Assembly (NCBI RefSeq): GCF_022045235.1
Contig: NW_027266264.1
Coordinates: forward strand, 45,570,001-45,634,000
Direction: 5' to 3'
Length of the DNA stretch: 64,000 nucleotides
DNA from: Haliotis cracherodii
Taxonomy: Eukaryota
Shown here piece by piece: positions 22,290 through 37,099 of this stretch (within the stretch, counting starts at the first letter, position 1; the number at the start of each line of letters is the position of its first letter). The notes below the pieces were generated by a model, which was not told the origin of the DNA, ran no database searches, and saw nothing but the letters and a program-made list of their open reading frames with translations. The position numbers and the translations under genes were made by a program.

Positions 22290-24900
22290 CGTATCACAAA
22301 AATATTTTAGCGTATCAATACGTTTCTGAAGACCATATACAGTGTCAGAAAGCAATAACATCATCTGCAAATAAAAACAAAATAGTTGAATAAGTTCAGG
22401 ATGAAGCTGTATGCCTGTTGAACAAGATAATTCTATATCCATTGCCAACTCATTTATAAGCATAGAAAATGATATTGGACTTAAGACGCATCCCTGCCTT
22501 AAGCCAAGAGGACCGTGAAATTCTAAAGAGAAAATATTATTTGACCTTAAACTAGCCTTAACACATTTATATATAGACTTTAAAGAAAGTAAAAACTTGG
22601 TGGATACACCCTGCTGCATTAATATAGACCACAATTTAGACCGATCAACAAGGTCAAAAGCCTTTTTAAAATCTACAAATAATGCATAAATTTTGCCATT
22701 CTTTTTGCTAAATAACGCTGAATGTAAAATATAAATGTTGTCTATTGTACTGTATTCTTTCCGAAAACCTGCTTGGGATTCCACAATTTTATCATATGCA
22801 CTGGACCAAAAGGATAGCCTGTTATTTAAAATTCAAGTATAATGTTTACTAGATACACTCAATGAAGTTATTCCTCTATAATTATTGGGTAGGGAGGTAT
22901 CACCTTTCTTATGTTATGGAATTATTATGCCAGTACACCAAGATTGTGGAAAATTACCTGTGTCAAAAATAATATTTAAGACAAGTTCAATATATGGGAC
23001 TAAAATATCCCGAGCAGCCACAAAGAACTCTGGTATTAAATTTTGAACATTTAAGCTGTGAAATTGCTTTTAATATTTCCTCTCGGGAGATTGGTATATA
23101 TTCTTAGAGACTTCATCAGTTAAGGTATTTACACATGGTTCAACAACGTCATCAAAACACTCATTGTCAACTTCACCATCATCTTCATGTGGCTCTGTCA
23201 AATAAACAGAACTATTAAACAAATCATTAAAATGCTCATACCACATACTTGTAGATATAGGTGATATATTATTACTAGATGATGAACAATCTCTCAATAT
23301 TCTCCAAAAATCTTTAGCATTATTAATGTGTGACAATAATTTAACACTAATCTTCTCAGCATAAAGTCTCTTTTTGTTCCTAAGAATAGTTGTGTACAGA
23401 TTACGGGCTGTAATAAAGTTCTGAAGAGATATATTGTCCCTGAGTTGTCTGAATACTTTCAAAAGTCTATCTCTTTCCATCCTGAAGTAAACACATTACT
23501 TATCATACCAAGGTTGTGACTTCGGTTTTATGAACAGATCCCTTTTCATACAGTCAGCTGCGGAGCATATAGCTGTAAGTTTTTCTATAGATGCATCAAT
23601 ATCAGTCATAGCTACGTCAGAGCATGACATTAACATATTTAAAATACCTGGGAACAGAAGGTTGTCCCTAAAATCAGACAGCTTGTCAGTGTCCCACATA
23701 TATTTATATCTGGCACTTGCACCAGCACGTGCTTCTTGCCTCTCTGCATGTGCTGCCGACTGAACACGTGATTGAAATGAACATGAGACCGGTAAGTGGG
23801 GGGATTCCCCTCTCGAGACAATGTTAAAGCTATCGCACAAAGAAAACAGGTTGCTGGAAGCAATAATATAGTCAATCACACTTGTTCCTGTGGAACTGAT
23901 ATAGGTAAAATCACCTGTACCGGCATCACGACCCACTCTTCCATTCAATATATTCAGATTCAAAGTTGCACAGAGATACAACAATTTTCGGCCATATTTG
24001 TTGATTTTTTTGTCACATGAATGCCTAGTAATATTGAGACTATCACACATAAAATCAAAGAAATTTATATTTAAGTGTTCGGCTATATCATCCTTTACAA
24101 AATCCACATCTGTGCCTGTCCGAGCGTTAAAATCGCCACCAAGAATTATATAAACATCGCCCACTTTCTGCAGGACATCAAATAAATCTTCTTGAAATAA
24201 AGTGATACCACATCTACAGTTCTTACTGTCATACAATGAAGACCCATCTGGGTTAATATAAACTGAACACAACAAGATATCTTTTTCATGAACAAATAAG
24301 GACTTATTAAATGCAATGAATACCGCATTTTCACCAATATGCACATACTATTTAAAAGATTTTAATGATTTTCTAAGTAATAGTGAAATTCCGCCTGATA
24401 AACGTCCAGACTGGGCAGTTTTGATAGCATTTACATTATAAGCAATATAATCTGTGAATACATCCACAAATTCAATGTCTTTTACCCAAGTCTCTGTTAG
24501 TCCAATAATGTCGAATGTATCGACAAAAGAAATGAAGTTATTGTCCACTATCTTTGTCAACAATCCGCTGACATTCCAAAAAGGACTCTCATCACCACTG
24601 TTGACGTTGGTGCAACTAGTATCTCCACCTCCATGAAAATTAGTAGACTCATTTGCAGATCCATCTTTCGTGGTAGACTGACTATCACCTTCTTTGACAA
24701 CCAGCCTTCCATATTTATAGTAGCCCACTTTATTGTTCTCTCTGAGCTTCTTTAACACATTACGCTGCTTCATGGTAAAGTCATTAGAAATTCCAATGAG
24801 ATTCTTTCTAAGATTTTCTCTGAGACCTAAGGCCCATACCTTGTCCTCTACATAAATGAACTTAGCAATCATTGGCCGAGGAGACTTGCTTGCTGATCCA
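22290..24900 (-). mobile_element. Degenerate LINE (RTEX-like): ORF1 remnant, AP endonuclease and RT; 3' end missing
   Basis: ORF1: PRPMIAKF..GISNDFT. EN: WNVSGL, IGLTETW, GRLSGG, GGDFNARTG, SVIDY. RT: QAGFRKEYST, FVDFKKAFD, GLRQGCVLSP. Many frameshifts; clade is inferred. Confidence 0.88.
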
Positions 24901-24904
24901 GAAC

Positions 24905-26535
24905 TCACATATCCATATGTTCACACACTGTTATCTTCCCACCAGGTGCAAGAACTGACCATATGTTCACACACTGTTATCTACCCACCAGGTGCAAGCA
25001 CTGACCATATGTTCACACACTGTTATCTTCCCACCAAGTGCAAGCATGTTGACACAGTTATCTTCCCACCAGGTGCAAGCAATAATGATATGTTAACACA
25101 CTGTTATCTACCCACCAGGTGCAAGCACTGACCATATGTTCACACACTGTTATCTTCCCACCAAGTGCAAGCATGTTGACACAGATATCTACCCACCAGG
25201 TGCAAGAACTGACCATATATTCATACAGTTATATTCCCACCAGGAGCAAGCATGTTGACACGGTTATCTACCCACCAGGTGCAAGCACTGACGATATGTT
25301 AACACTGTTATCTACCCACCAGGTGCAAGCACCATCCATATGTTCACACACTGTTATCTACCCACCAGGTGCAAGCACTGACCATATGTTCACACACTGT
25401 TATCTACCCACCAAGTGCAAGAACTGATCATATGTTCACACACTGTTATCTAGCCACCAGGTGCAAGCATGTTGATATGTATCTACCAACCAGGTGCAAG
25501 AACTGACCATATGTTCACACACTGTTATCTTCCCACTAGGTGCAAGCATGTTGACATTTATCTACCCACCAGGTGCAAGAACTGACCATAGGTTCACACA
25601 CTGTTATCTTCCCACCAATTGCGAGCATGTTGACACAGTTATCTACCCACCAGGTGCAAGAACAGACCATAGGTTCACACACTGTTATCTAGCCACCAGG
25701 TGCAAGCATGTTGATATGTATCTACCAACCAGGTGCAAGAACTGACCATATGTTCACACACTGTTATCTACCCACTAGGTGCAAGCATGTTGAAATTTAT
25801 CTACCCACCAGGTGCAAGCACTGACCATATGTTCACACACTGTTATCTACCCACCAGGTGCAAGCATGTTGACATTTATCTACCCACCAGGTGCAAGCAT
25901 GTTGACATTTATCTACCCACCAGGTGCAAGAACTGACCATATGTTCACACACTGCCATCTACCCACCAGGTGCAAGAAGTGACCATATGTTCACACACTG
26001 TTATCTACCCACCAGGTGCAAGCATGTTGATATGTATCTACCCATCAGGTACAAGAACTGACCATATGTTTACACACTGCCATCTACCCACCAGGTGCAA
26101 GAAGTGACCATATGTTCACACACTGTTATCTACCCACCAGGTGCAAGCATGTTGATATGTATCTACCCATCAGGTGCAAGAACTGACCATATGTTTACAC
26201 ACTGTTATCTTCCCACTAGGTGCAAGCATGTTGAAATTTATCTACCCACCAGGTGCAAGAACTAACCATATGTTCACAGTTAATTACCCACCAGGTGCAA
26301 GCACTGACCATATGTGTTCACACACAGTTAATTACCCACCAGGTGCAAGCACTGACCATATGTTCACACACAGTTAATTACCCACCAGGTGCAAGAACTA
26401 CATGTATTTACAAAGTGATATCTTTCTACCAGACATTAGCACTACCCATACCTTAACACAGTGATATCTCACTGCCAGGTGCAAAAACTGCCGATATATT
26501 ACACAATGATATCCCTCCACCAAGTGCAAGCATTG
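24905..26535. repeat. Compound minisatellite of interleaved ~46-bp and ~35-bp units
   Basis: Shared core ttatctacccaccaggtgcaag, followed by either cactgaccatatgttcacacactg or catgttgacacag. Confidence 0.95.
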
Positions 26536-26903
26536 GTGGTTTTTTACCTTTTTCACTGAACTAAAAAAACCAGGAATCACAAATATTTTTTTGATATTCT
26601 TTTTTACATTGTTCACTTACAACCCAGACAAATTCTATGTTCTAAATTTTATTTCTTGAATATATAAATATAAATATCACAGACAGGAGATCCCCGAGAA
26701 TCATTTACATAAACTCATGGTAACATGCTACTAAAATTATTCAATAAAATTAATGAATTCTGCATGATTGGTGATAAAGAATGATTAATGATTATAATAT
26801 TCATCATTATTCCCTGACTGTGAATCAGTGTGATGGTGGAAAGATTCTCCCACCTCTTGCTCCTACAATCTCCATCTTGCTCCTCCCCCCTTGTGTAGAT
26901 GAG

Positions 26904-27065
26904 TTACAGGTTGCTGGTCTTCCCAACCCATGTCCTGATGAGCTGGTGAGCTATAGCTTGTCTCGGTGGAACGAAGAGGCCACCTGGGTGCTGATGGGTC
27001 AACATCTGGACAATCTCCGGCCTTGAGAACCACTGAGCAGCCTCTAGCTCATCATCATTATCAAG
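26904..27065 (-). CDS. NUDT12: NUDT12 last coding exon
   Basis: gcag|CTTGAT...TAA. Encodes LDNDDELEAAQWFSRPEIVQML..LFVPPRQAIAHQLIRTW..SNL*. The six exons total 1329 nt (442 aa). Confidence 0.94.
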   Translation of the reverse strand, partial: LDNDDELEAAQWFSRPEIVQMLTHQHPGGLFVPPRQAIAHQLIRTWVGKTSNL

Positions 27066-27212
27066 CTGCAGGAAGAGCATCAAAAGTTCATCAAGATGAT
27101 CGAAGGAAGTAACTCCCATTACCATTCCTTATGCAGACCGTGGGAGAATGAAAAAGTGAAAAGGAACATGAACTATAGAAACATATGTTATGACTACTAT
27201 GCTGACAGATCA

Positions 27213-27691
<479 letters not shown>

Positions 27692-28112
27692 TTATTTATC
27701 CAGTATAGTGATTTAAGGAATAATGAAGAAACAAATAAAATGAACGGATGGACCTGCCTTGATTCATGCAAAAACCAAAACCAGGCCAAGTTAAATCAAA
27801 GTTCAATGAACACAATACATTTGACATGCATGATGACAAAACAATGTGAAGTGAATCATTTAAAAGCACATGATAAAACTATGAACATTACTTTTAAAGT
27901 TCATGATTGACATGAGTATCCCTGCAGCAAAACATACCGGGAAGCATATTTTGTTGGAATATTTTCCAAATGATGTCTTTTGGGGTTGATCTATCTTTAA
28001 AATCCAAAGCACAGCTCTGGTTATGTGGGGTGAAAATCTAACACAGGTGATGTCTGAAAACAAACACCCTATCTCCATATCCTGAGAACAGTCTCCTCCA
28101 CAGCTCACTCAC

Positions 28113-28756
28113 CTTTGTGACTGCGGCAGTCAGCGTTGCTGCACACCCGTTTGTAGCCCGCCTCCTGCACCACTGTCGAGCTGCCACATGTAGCACAGAA
28201 GGAGTACCGATCATGCCAGGTTAGAATAGACCGAGCTTCAGCAAATATTCCAGCATGTCGGTCATCCATCTGCATAGTTAATGGAAACGGATTTGCAAAG
28301 AAGCCATCTTTGTGCACATCCTTCAGTTTGCTCTCTTCGACCCCTGTGACATCAACAGCAAACCACACAGCAGACTCAGGGTCCCAAGTTTCAAGCCCTA
28401 GGAATATGAGTAGAGGTTTCTTTGATATATGTTCTGCTAGCTGATTATAACTAAACAGACCTAGGACATATTTACTCTTCTTGGACTTTTGGTTTGTGTC
28501 CTCTATAAGAAAGGGATTCAGATCTGAGAAAAGGATGAACTTTGTGTTGTCCCTTCTGACAGCTTGGTGGATCCATTCTGGGTGTTTCCTCCGGTCAGAG
28601 GCTCTGTTAAGTGGGTTGAGGGAGTAGTAGTTCTGACACTCCTGGGTGGGAACGACAGCTCCGTCAGAGAGGGCGCTAGATGCATCGCTGTGGTTCCAGA
28701 AGTCGGCGATATCCAGAGCTGTCTGGCCAGATGAGTTGAGGACATTCATACTACAC
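28113..28756 (-). CDS. NUDT12: NUDT12 coding exon 3 (ankyrin, NUDIX-like, zinc ribbon)
   Basis: atag|...|gtgagt, phase 2/1. Motifs GQTALDIADFWNH, PLNRASDRRK, ARSILTWHDRYSFCATCGS..YKRVCSNADC. Confidence 0.95.
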
Positions 28757-30197
28757 CTATAGGTGACACAAGGAAACATATCATCCCACAAGCATCACAC
28801 ACTGAAAATAACAGATCCATGGCAGAGACAACTGACTTAGCATTTAGGGCTCCTGATTGATGTCCCTTCAATTCGTGGAAAACATATACCATCACCATGC
28901 AAGCTGGAGGCAGCGTACAGCAAAACACAGATTGTTGGTAAACCTGTTCTGTTTCATACTTTCAGCTCTGAAGTATAGGCAGCCATTCTATGATAAAATA
29001 CATCAATTGAAAAAGATCAACAGTGTGCGATAACAATCAAATACTTACATGTCATTATTTACTCACGAATAACAAAACTTGAAAAATAAAGTTAATATCA
29101 ATGAATAACCCTGACATGACATGCTAATCGTCATGCTATCAGCATTACATAAGTTACTAACTCTACTTATACTTGCTTAATGGATGTGGGGCACAGCTAC
29201 AAAGCACCAGCGAAGGAGCTGTCGAAACAGCAAGAAAGAAGCTTAATCATCAAGCTGCCATTTGTGTGAAAGAGCTCACAAGCCTAGTGGTTAGTTATGA
29301 CCGCGTGGATCCACATACTGATAGTATGTACCTCAGAGACAATGTGCAAGCACACAGACCAGCTTCATAAGAGATATCTCCCATGTTTTTACAAAGTAAT
29401 GCAGTTAGTGTATAATTTTGTTCACAGGGGAAATTTGGATCAAATTTTGATCAAAGTAATTGCAGTTGTGGATGGGGGCACTCTAGTAGTGCAGATGGCA
29501 TGGTATGGGCAAAAAGGTAGTTCTATTATGTTTGTTGCTTGATCACAGCTGGGGCCCATTTATCCAGCCTGCAGATCTTCAGCAGGTGTTAACTCTTGTC
29601 TGCTAAGGGTCCAGCAAAAGAGTGGTAAGTTCATGTGCTTAGGGTACATAAAAGAGCTGGTTTATTTGCAAGCTGCACTATACTAACACCATGGGAGTTA
29701 TCTCCCTTAATGGATGGTGCCTTACTAATGCATCCACAACTTGGCCTTTCATCCAACAAATTTACCTTCTGTTATTATTCAATGTCATTAGTGTATGTTT
29801 ATGTCACAAGCCTGTCAATAATACATCAACACACTGAAAGACATCTCAAAGTGATAACAACACAAATTGAATCTCAAATTTTGTCTTCTTGCTTGTCCTG
29901 AATGATGACAAATGGAGAATTTGTTTTATTCCTTGTGGTATCAGAGACTTTGAGTGTCATTGTCAATGGTATTACTCTTCCATACTGACATGCAAACACA
30001 CAATTTAGATATGCAGCTCAGATCTAACCAAGAAAAGCCGTTGTGTAGTGGGACAACTGTCTCCAGATATTAAGCATACAAAGAACAAAACTAAGACATA
30101 CAATTTGCCATCTGCATCACCCAAATCACACTCAGTGTTAGCAAATGATTAGACAACACACTGCTTTGTAGGTGCCAGATCAGGTGTTTGAACTTAC

Positions 30198-30300
30198 CCT
30201 TGCTCTAACAAGGACTTGATGACAGACACCTGGCCATTCCTGGCAGCAAACATCAGCGCTGTCCACCCACGATCATTCTTGGCATCAACATCCACGGCTG
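30198..30300 (-). CDS. NUDT12: NUDT12 coding exon 2 (ankyrin repeat)
   Basis: tacag|...|gtaagt, phase 1/2. Encodes AVDVDAKNDRGWTALMFAARNGQVSVIKSLLEQG. Confidence 0.92.
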
Positions 30301-30322
30301 CTGTAACGAAATAAGACATGGA

Positions 30323-31215
30323 AAGCAGGCTTCACCACATCTGCTGAAACAAAACAGGATATGTAAACCCGGCTTCACCACATCTGCCATAACAAAACAG
30401 GATATGTAAACCCGGCTTCACCACATCTGCCATAACAAAACAGGATATGTAAACCCGGCTTCACCACATCTGCCATAACAAAACAGGATATGTAAACCCG
30501 GCTTCACCACATCTGCCATAACAAAACAGGATATGTAAAGCAGGCTTCACCACATCTGCCATAACAAAACAGGATATGTAAACCCGGCTTCACCACATAT
30601 GCCATAACAAAACAGGATATGTAAAGCAGGCTTCACCACATCTGCCATAACAAAACAGGATATGTAAAGCAGGCTTCACCACATCTGCCATAACAAAACA
30701 GGATATGTAAAGCAGGCTTTACCACATCTGCCATAACAAAACAGGATATGTAAAGCAGGCTTCACCACATCTGCCATAACAAAACAGGATATGTAAACCC
30801 GGCTTCACCACATCTGCCATAACAATACAGGACATGTAAAGCAGGCTTCACCACATCTGCCATAACAATACAGGACATGTAAAGCAGGCTTCACCACATC
30901 TGCCATAACAAAACAGGATATGTAAAGCAGGCTTCACCACATATGCCATAACAAAACAGGATATGTAAAGCAGGCTTCACCACATCTGCCATAACAATAC
31001 AGGACATGTAAAGCAGGCTTCACCACATATGCCATAACAAAACAGGACATGTAAAGCAGGCTTCACCACATCTGCCATCACAAAACAGGATATGTAAAGC
31101 AGGCTCCACCTCATCTGTCAAACCAAAACAGGATATGTAAAGCAGGCTCCATCTCATCTGCCATAACAATACAGGACATGTAAAGCAGGCTTCACCACAT
31201 CTGCTATAAAAAACA
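30323..31215. repeat. 43-bp minisatellite in a NUDT12 intron, about 20 units
   Basis: Unit ggcttcaccacatctgccataacaaaacaggatatgtaaa(gca/ccc). Confidence 0.97.
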
Positions 31216-31345
31216 GCTGCAAGAATAAAGTGCTTATTACCAAATATGGATGAAATTCAAATTGATTCCCATCTCAAGTAGCTGACTACTAACATTTCAC
31301 TGATTATGAAGTACATCTCATATTTTTGATGATATAAAGATAGAT

Positions 31346-32486
31346 TATTTTCCCTGCAAAACGCAAAATGCAAAAGTAGTAAAATCATAAATATCTGACA
31401 GTTGACATCCATACAAAAATAATACCAGAAATGAATTGGTCATTCCTGCATGGATTGGGATATAAAAACATTTCATTTGCATGCCATCACAATCTTACGG
31501 CAAGTGAACAGCAAAAACATGCCAGGACTGACAGAAGCCCAACACAACAACTCAATCATCCGACCGTTAACAGGAGAATCATCTTTAGCTGTGGCCATAT
31601 TGCACCAAACATCAATACAAGACTGTGGACACATGTAACAACATGTGACCTTCCCAGATCCGGTAGACCACATATCACCACTAGAGCACATTCATATGGC
31701 TATGTTACTTACGGGATAGAACCACCACGGCCACCCATACAACTATGGCAATACTAGGATTGAGTAGGATATCACCCTAGATAGCGAGGAACTGTTTATG
31801 CGCTGAAGGTTCAGGTGTCATTTTGATGGAACTGCATCATTGGCTGCGACATCAGTGGTGTCAAGGTCACAGAGTTTGACCACAACTGTGATGGAGACAA
31901 GATTGGTTTAGTGATGAGTCATGTTTTACGCTTTGTTGTGCGGATGGTAGACAACGTGTTTACAGGCGATGCGGGGAACATTATGCACACAGAAAGTGGA
32001 CAGTGCGGGTAGTGTGATGATGTGGGCAGCCATTTCCAACACTCGTAGAACAGTCTTGGTGCAAGTTCTGGGGAAATTAACAGCTCCATGTTACACAGAT
32101 GGTTCTGGGGAAATTAACAGCTCCATGTTACACAGATGAGACTCTTCGGCCACATATCCTTCCCATTATGCAAACATTATCACTACATCCAGGTCCTGCC
32201 ATGGCCCTCCAGACCTGTGGCAGTTGGCACAAGCACTGCAGACAGAGTGGGTGAACATTCCCCATGTCACAATTCGGGATCTGATTGTTTCCATGGGAGG
32301 ACGATGTTGTGGACTTTGATGGTGGCCACACAAGATATTGAGAACACCTCTAAAATCTACTGTTGAACCTGGTTCGACAATGATGTGTGCCAATTTTGAA
32401 CAATCGATTACCATTTCATTATTTATATGATGCATAAAATATACATCTAAAATCACCTTTGCATTTCTTTTTTTGAAGAGAATATA
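31346..32486 (+). mobile_element. Highly degenerate Tc1 transposon in a NUDT12 intron
   Basis: Remnants MPGLTEAQ, DLPRSGRPHITT, WFSDESCF, DGRQRVYRR, SVMMWAAI. The right end gcatttctttttttgaagagaata is TIR-like. Confidence 0.8.
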
Positions 32487-32655
32487 TGTAAATGTATAAA
32501 CTGAAAATGGTCTGTGTGGCAAGTGAAGAGAGATTCAATCATCCTGATTGTGCATCAAAATAAAGCAACATTTCCATTTTGAGAACCATTTTTGTGTCCT
32601 TATTATGCACTTTCTAAAGTAACTAGTTAAGATACTGACACCATACCAGCATTAC

Positions 32656-32779
32656 CTTTAAGCATAGCGAGGACATGTTCTACATTGCCCTTGGCAGCAC
32701 TGTCAAACAGCTGCTCCTGGTACTGGGTGGCCACATTGCTGGGCCTCACTGCACTACTGGTGGTACGATCTCCGCTCAT
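32656..32779 (-). CDS. NUDT12: NAD(H) pyrophosphatase / NAD-capped RNA hydrolase, coding exon 1
   Basis: ccag|A ATG...AAA G|gtaatg. MSGDRTTSSAVRPSNVATQYQEQLFDSAAKGNVEHVLAMLK includes the start of the first ankyrin repeat. Confidence 0.85.
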
Positions 32780-34947
32780 TCTGGAATTACAAATTACCGA
32801 TACATTTCAAATCTATTTCCAATATTTATAGGACAGCCATTAGGGCTGGACCCTCTGTAATCCGACCCTACCCAGAACCCACTGTAGGTCTCATGTTGGG
32901 TAAAATATGTCTGAATGGGAGTTGTTTTACTGGAGCTCTGCCAAAAACAGTTTCGATACATGTATAAAATGATCCGATCATGCACACACTGAAGCCTTAT
33001 CTTTACTCAAACATATAAAAGTCAGAAGGAATACAAACACGGGTGACTTGAATTGCGTTTGGGCGATTGGTTTTATTGTCATCTGCTTTGTTTTTTTATC
33101 ATCAAATTTCATTTTTCTGGACAAGGTAATGTTAAATTTTAGAAACTTTACAAAAATTACCCAGATATTTAAATGACAACTTTTCATGAAATGTTACTTG
33201 GGTTGATGTTTCTTTTGCAGTTCAGAATACATACTTTAATAGAATGTACTTCACTTTTATAATTTTGATATGTTTCTGTATTCATTCATGCTTATGTAAA
33301 TCTGTAAAGCCATGTGATGATATGATGAAAATAGAATTCCCTTTCAGGAAATTAAGTATTTTCTTATCTTACAGCAAGCAGAGCATACATACTCGGGACT
33401 ATCGTACCCCAAAACCAATGGGCCCAGGTTGAAATGTGCTGGACCAAATAAATTACAACATGTACAAAAGAATGGCATGTTCACAATTTATCAGGTTTAT
33501 ATGTTCATATACCACATACATCCCTAAACCTATGCTCTAGATATAGATAACTAACTAACATATTGTAAACTACCAAAGTATGGTAGAAACTTCACTCAAT
33601 ATTTTTCTAGGTCGAGTGCAAATCATCTGACCAAAGTCCATGGCTACACTGATAATTCTTTGTTAACTCATCAAAGGAATCTATTTTGTAGTCTTGTCTG
33701 CTACTGTGGCCCACCAGAGAAACAAAATGACCCAAAATAGTAATAACCATATCTATAAACAAACCACAAATACTTCACACATTTACCTATTGATCAGCTG
33801 ATCGTTCAGTGTCTGACGGCAGAATGCACTCACGTCACCGGCAACAAATACTATACGTACAACCGCGATTAATTTATGTATGCAGATCCATTACCTGCTG
33901 GCACAGCTGAAGCCAAGTCGAAAGAGAGGACGAAATCGCATTTAAATATTTATCGACTCGATTGGTCAAGATTTGATACAATACAAGATCCTGACTCGGA
34001 TGTCAACTGCAATGCAACAGTTTACAATTATTTCTTCAGAGCTACCTCCCTTTGAAGGGGCAAGCACCAAGCTCCTTCCCAGTGCGTGTCACCTTCGTTA
34101 CGCTCTCGGGAGCACCGCGAACAGGACATCCCTGTGAGGAGCTTATCAAAGCCAACAGTTTTGCACAAGGCACGAAGGCAAGGCAAGGGACAAAAGTCGA
34201 TACTAACTGATCAAAGACGTATACGTCTTTGAACTGATCAATCTGGTTCTGATTTGTATCCACTTAACAAATATTGTGTTTTCATCTGATTCCACAGGTC
34301 TGTTTTGACCAAATGACTCTCCGAGAGACGCGATGGGGTCCTACAGTCAAGACATTACATGATGTAGGGTCATGTCTTGACTGGGACCCCATTTTAATAG
34401 CGGCTCTTGGCTATGTGTGGACTGAAACGGCACCCCATCGAAACGTCGCTTATGTCATCTGGCGAAAACGGCCACTGATTGTCGAGTTTCTTGGAACGGG
34501 ATCGGGAAACATAAGGGAGGATAATGAAAACAAAATAAAGTTTCATTCACCATGCATCCATTTATTCTTCACACAAATTAATCTTGCAAACATATTTACC
34601 AAATGAAGACATTTCATATATCTTACGGAATGCGATGAATTCGTAGACAATGCCAACTCGTAGACACCATTTACGAGGAATTCTGGAACTCTGCACTAGG
34701 ACGTCAAAGAAACAGGTTGCTCTGCTATTCATATTGGTATCTAGCTGTCACAGTGAGCTATAGTGAATAGTTTTACGCCGCTTTTAGCCTATATTCCAGC
34801 AATATCACCGCGGGGGACACCAGAAATGGGCTTCACACATATGATTGTGTTGCAGTAAGTGTTAAACAATTTAAGTCAATTACATAGTAACTGCCATGTA
34901 AATCAAATTAATTACTAATACAACGTCCCCACTTTCGCCTTTTTTCA

Positions 34948-37034
34948 AGACTTCAAGACTTCAAGACTCTTTTATTGTGTAATAAAGGCCTCCAGCCCAG
35001 AGTACATGTGTATATAATCAAGTCACAACAATTTTAAGTTACAAACAACAATTACAATCATTAAGAAGAGATCTACTATAATCATCAAGAGGAGGTGAAG
35101 CATTCGTAAACTGTATATAAAGTTGTCTCCCTTTAACCTATGAGATAAACCTGCCTTGCCTGCGTGCATTTAACAATATAGAGTGCTAAAGATTCTGACA
35201 AAGAATTATCTGTCATAACTCTCTCAAATTTGTCGAGAGTACAAAGATTACTAGTACAAATACTTGGCAAAAGCATATTTCTGAACTTGTTATACAAGTA
35301 ACATGATGTAATAAAATGAACTTCATCCTCAACAATTGATACACTCAGATTATCAAAACAATATTTACATACTCTATCCTCTCTAGCAACACCTCCCCAC
35401 CGCCCAATTTCAACAGCCAGTTTGTGGTTACCACATCTGAATCGACTAAGAACCATTCTTAAATTTTTACTCTTCATATTGTGCAAATACCTTTCAGGCT
35501 CCAACACTGATTTGACAATGGAATAATTATAAAGCTTACTTGTTTCACTAATAGATAGTGCCCATGTTTGTTTCCAACAATCCTGCAACCTTTCCCTACA
35601 AATTCTAAGGAAATGGGTTATGTCACCAACACCCTGTTCAAACCAAACTAGACCAAATCCAAGTCTGTTCAACAGATATTTTATTCTAGTTGCCCATGTG
35701 GCTCTACCAACCCCATCTAACTGATATAACATCAGATAGCAAGCCTTAGGATACCTATTTGTGGATATGTTTAATATTTTCAGCCAATACTTAATTGAAC
35801 TGAACATGGTTGTTACATGTAATGGATACCGCCCTAGCTCCCCATACAAGACTGCTGCTGGAGTGTTTGAATTAACATGGAGAACTTTTCTAAGAAATTT
35901 GCAGTGCACATTTTCTATAACTTGGACACTTTCAAATCCCCAAACACATGATGCATAACATAAGACTGGAGAAACCATCCTATCAAATAGAAACAAGGAC
36001 TCTTTAATGTTAAGCTTAGACTTTTTCAAGAATCCAAACAAAATAAACAGAGCTTTTTCTCCTTGTTGTGCCAGGGTACTTCTTGCCAAACTCCATAAGA
36101 GCTTAGGGGTGAAAAACACGCCAAGATACTTATAAGCGGATACTGCTTCCAGAGGAATACCATCATAATGCCACTTTTCCTTTTTTGTTACTATACCACC
36201 TCTTCGGAATACCATGACTTTCGTTTTCTCCAAATTAACCCTCATCCCATACTGATTGCAAAATCCTGCTAAACAATCTATTTGGTGCTGAAACCTTCTA
36301 ACAGAATCTCCAACATTAGCAATATCATCTGCAAACATTATCAAAGTGATGTCTTCAGCATACTAAAAAATGACAAAAATACCCTTGCAATCATTAAACC
36401 TGTAATTATCTACTAGCTCATTCAAAAACAGGGTGAATAACAGTGGGCTTATCATACACCCTTGCCTGGTTGCTATTGTACACTCAAAGAACTCAGACAG
36501 TGAGGACTTGTTAACTAGAACACATGATTTTAGCTGACTATACAGAGATGAAATAACTGTGAAAAATTTACCTTTAACACATTTTTGTAAAAGTACATAT
36601 TTCAATAAATGGTGCTGGACGCTGTCGAATGCCTTCGAAAAGTCTATGAATAAACAATAGCAGCGCCCTTTTGACTTGGAGAGGTATTTCTGAATAACTG
36701 ATTGTAATACAAATATATTGTCTATGGTGCTATATCCATTTCTGTAGCCAGCTTGTTCCTCATACAGCTTTTCTTTTTCTTCACACCAGCCAACAAGTCT
36801 ATTACTTAGTATTTTGGTAAAGGCCTTTCCAATTACTGATAACAAAGATATACCCCTATAATTATTAGGATCTGTTTTTTCACCTTTTTTATGAATAGGA
36901 AAAATTATTGCCTCTGTCCATTGTGATGGGTAAACTCCAACAGATAATATCTTGTTAAATAACCTGTGGATATATGGTCAAAGTATATGAGATACTCTTT
37001 TTAAATGTTCATTTAAAATTCCATCAGGTCCAGG
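34948..37034 (-). mobile_element. 5'-truncated RTEX-like LINE with (TCTTGAAG)n tail and 13-bp TSD
   Basis: RT motifs PGPDG, NYRGISLLS, QAGYR, IDFSKAFD, RQGCMISP, FADD; C-terminal CKYC..EDEVHF..C. AATAAA precedes the tandem tail. tcgccttttttca is duplicated at 34935-34947 and 37035-37047. Confidence 0.92.
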
Positions 37035-37099
37035 TCGCCTTTTTTCAGCATTCTTTTATCAACGTTGCTAAACTTCTCTCGCTATCGCTTGTGGCATTA

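Noticed and set aside
24856-26456. Series of short ORFs
   Set aside because: Translations of the compound minisatellite.
33780-33960. NUDT12 5' UTR exon (minus-strand donors near 33786 and 33895)
   Set aside because: An upstream exon is implied by the acceptor next to the ATG, but I cannot choose between the candidates without transcript data.
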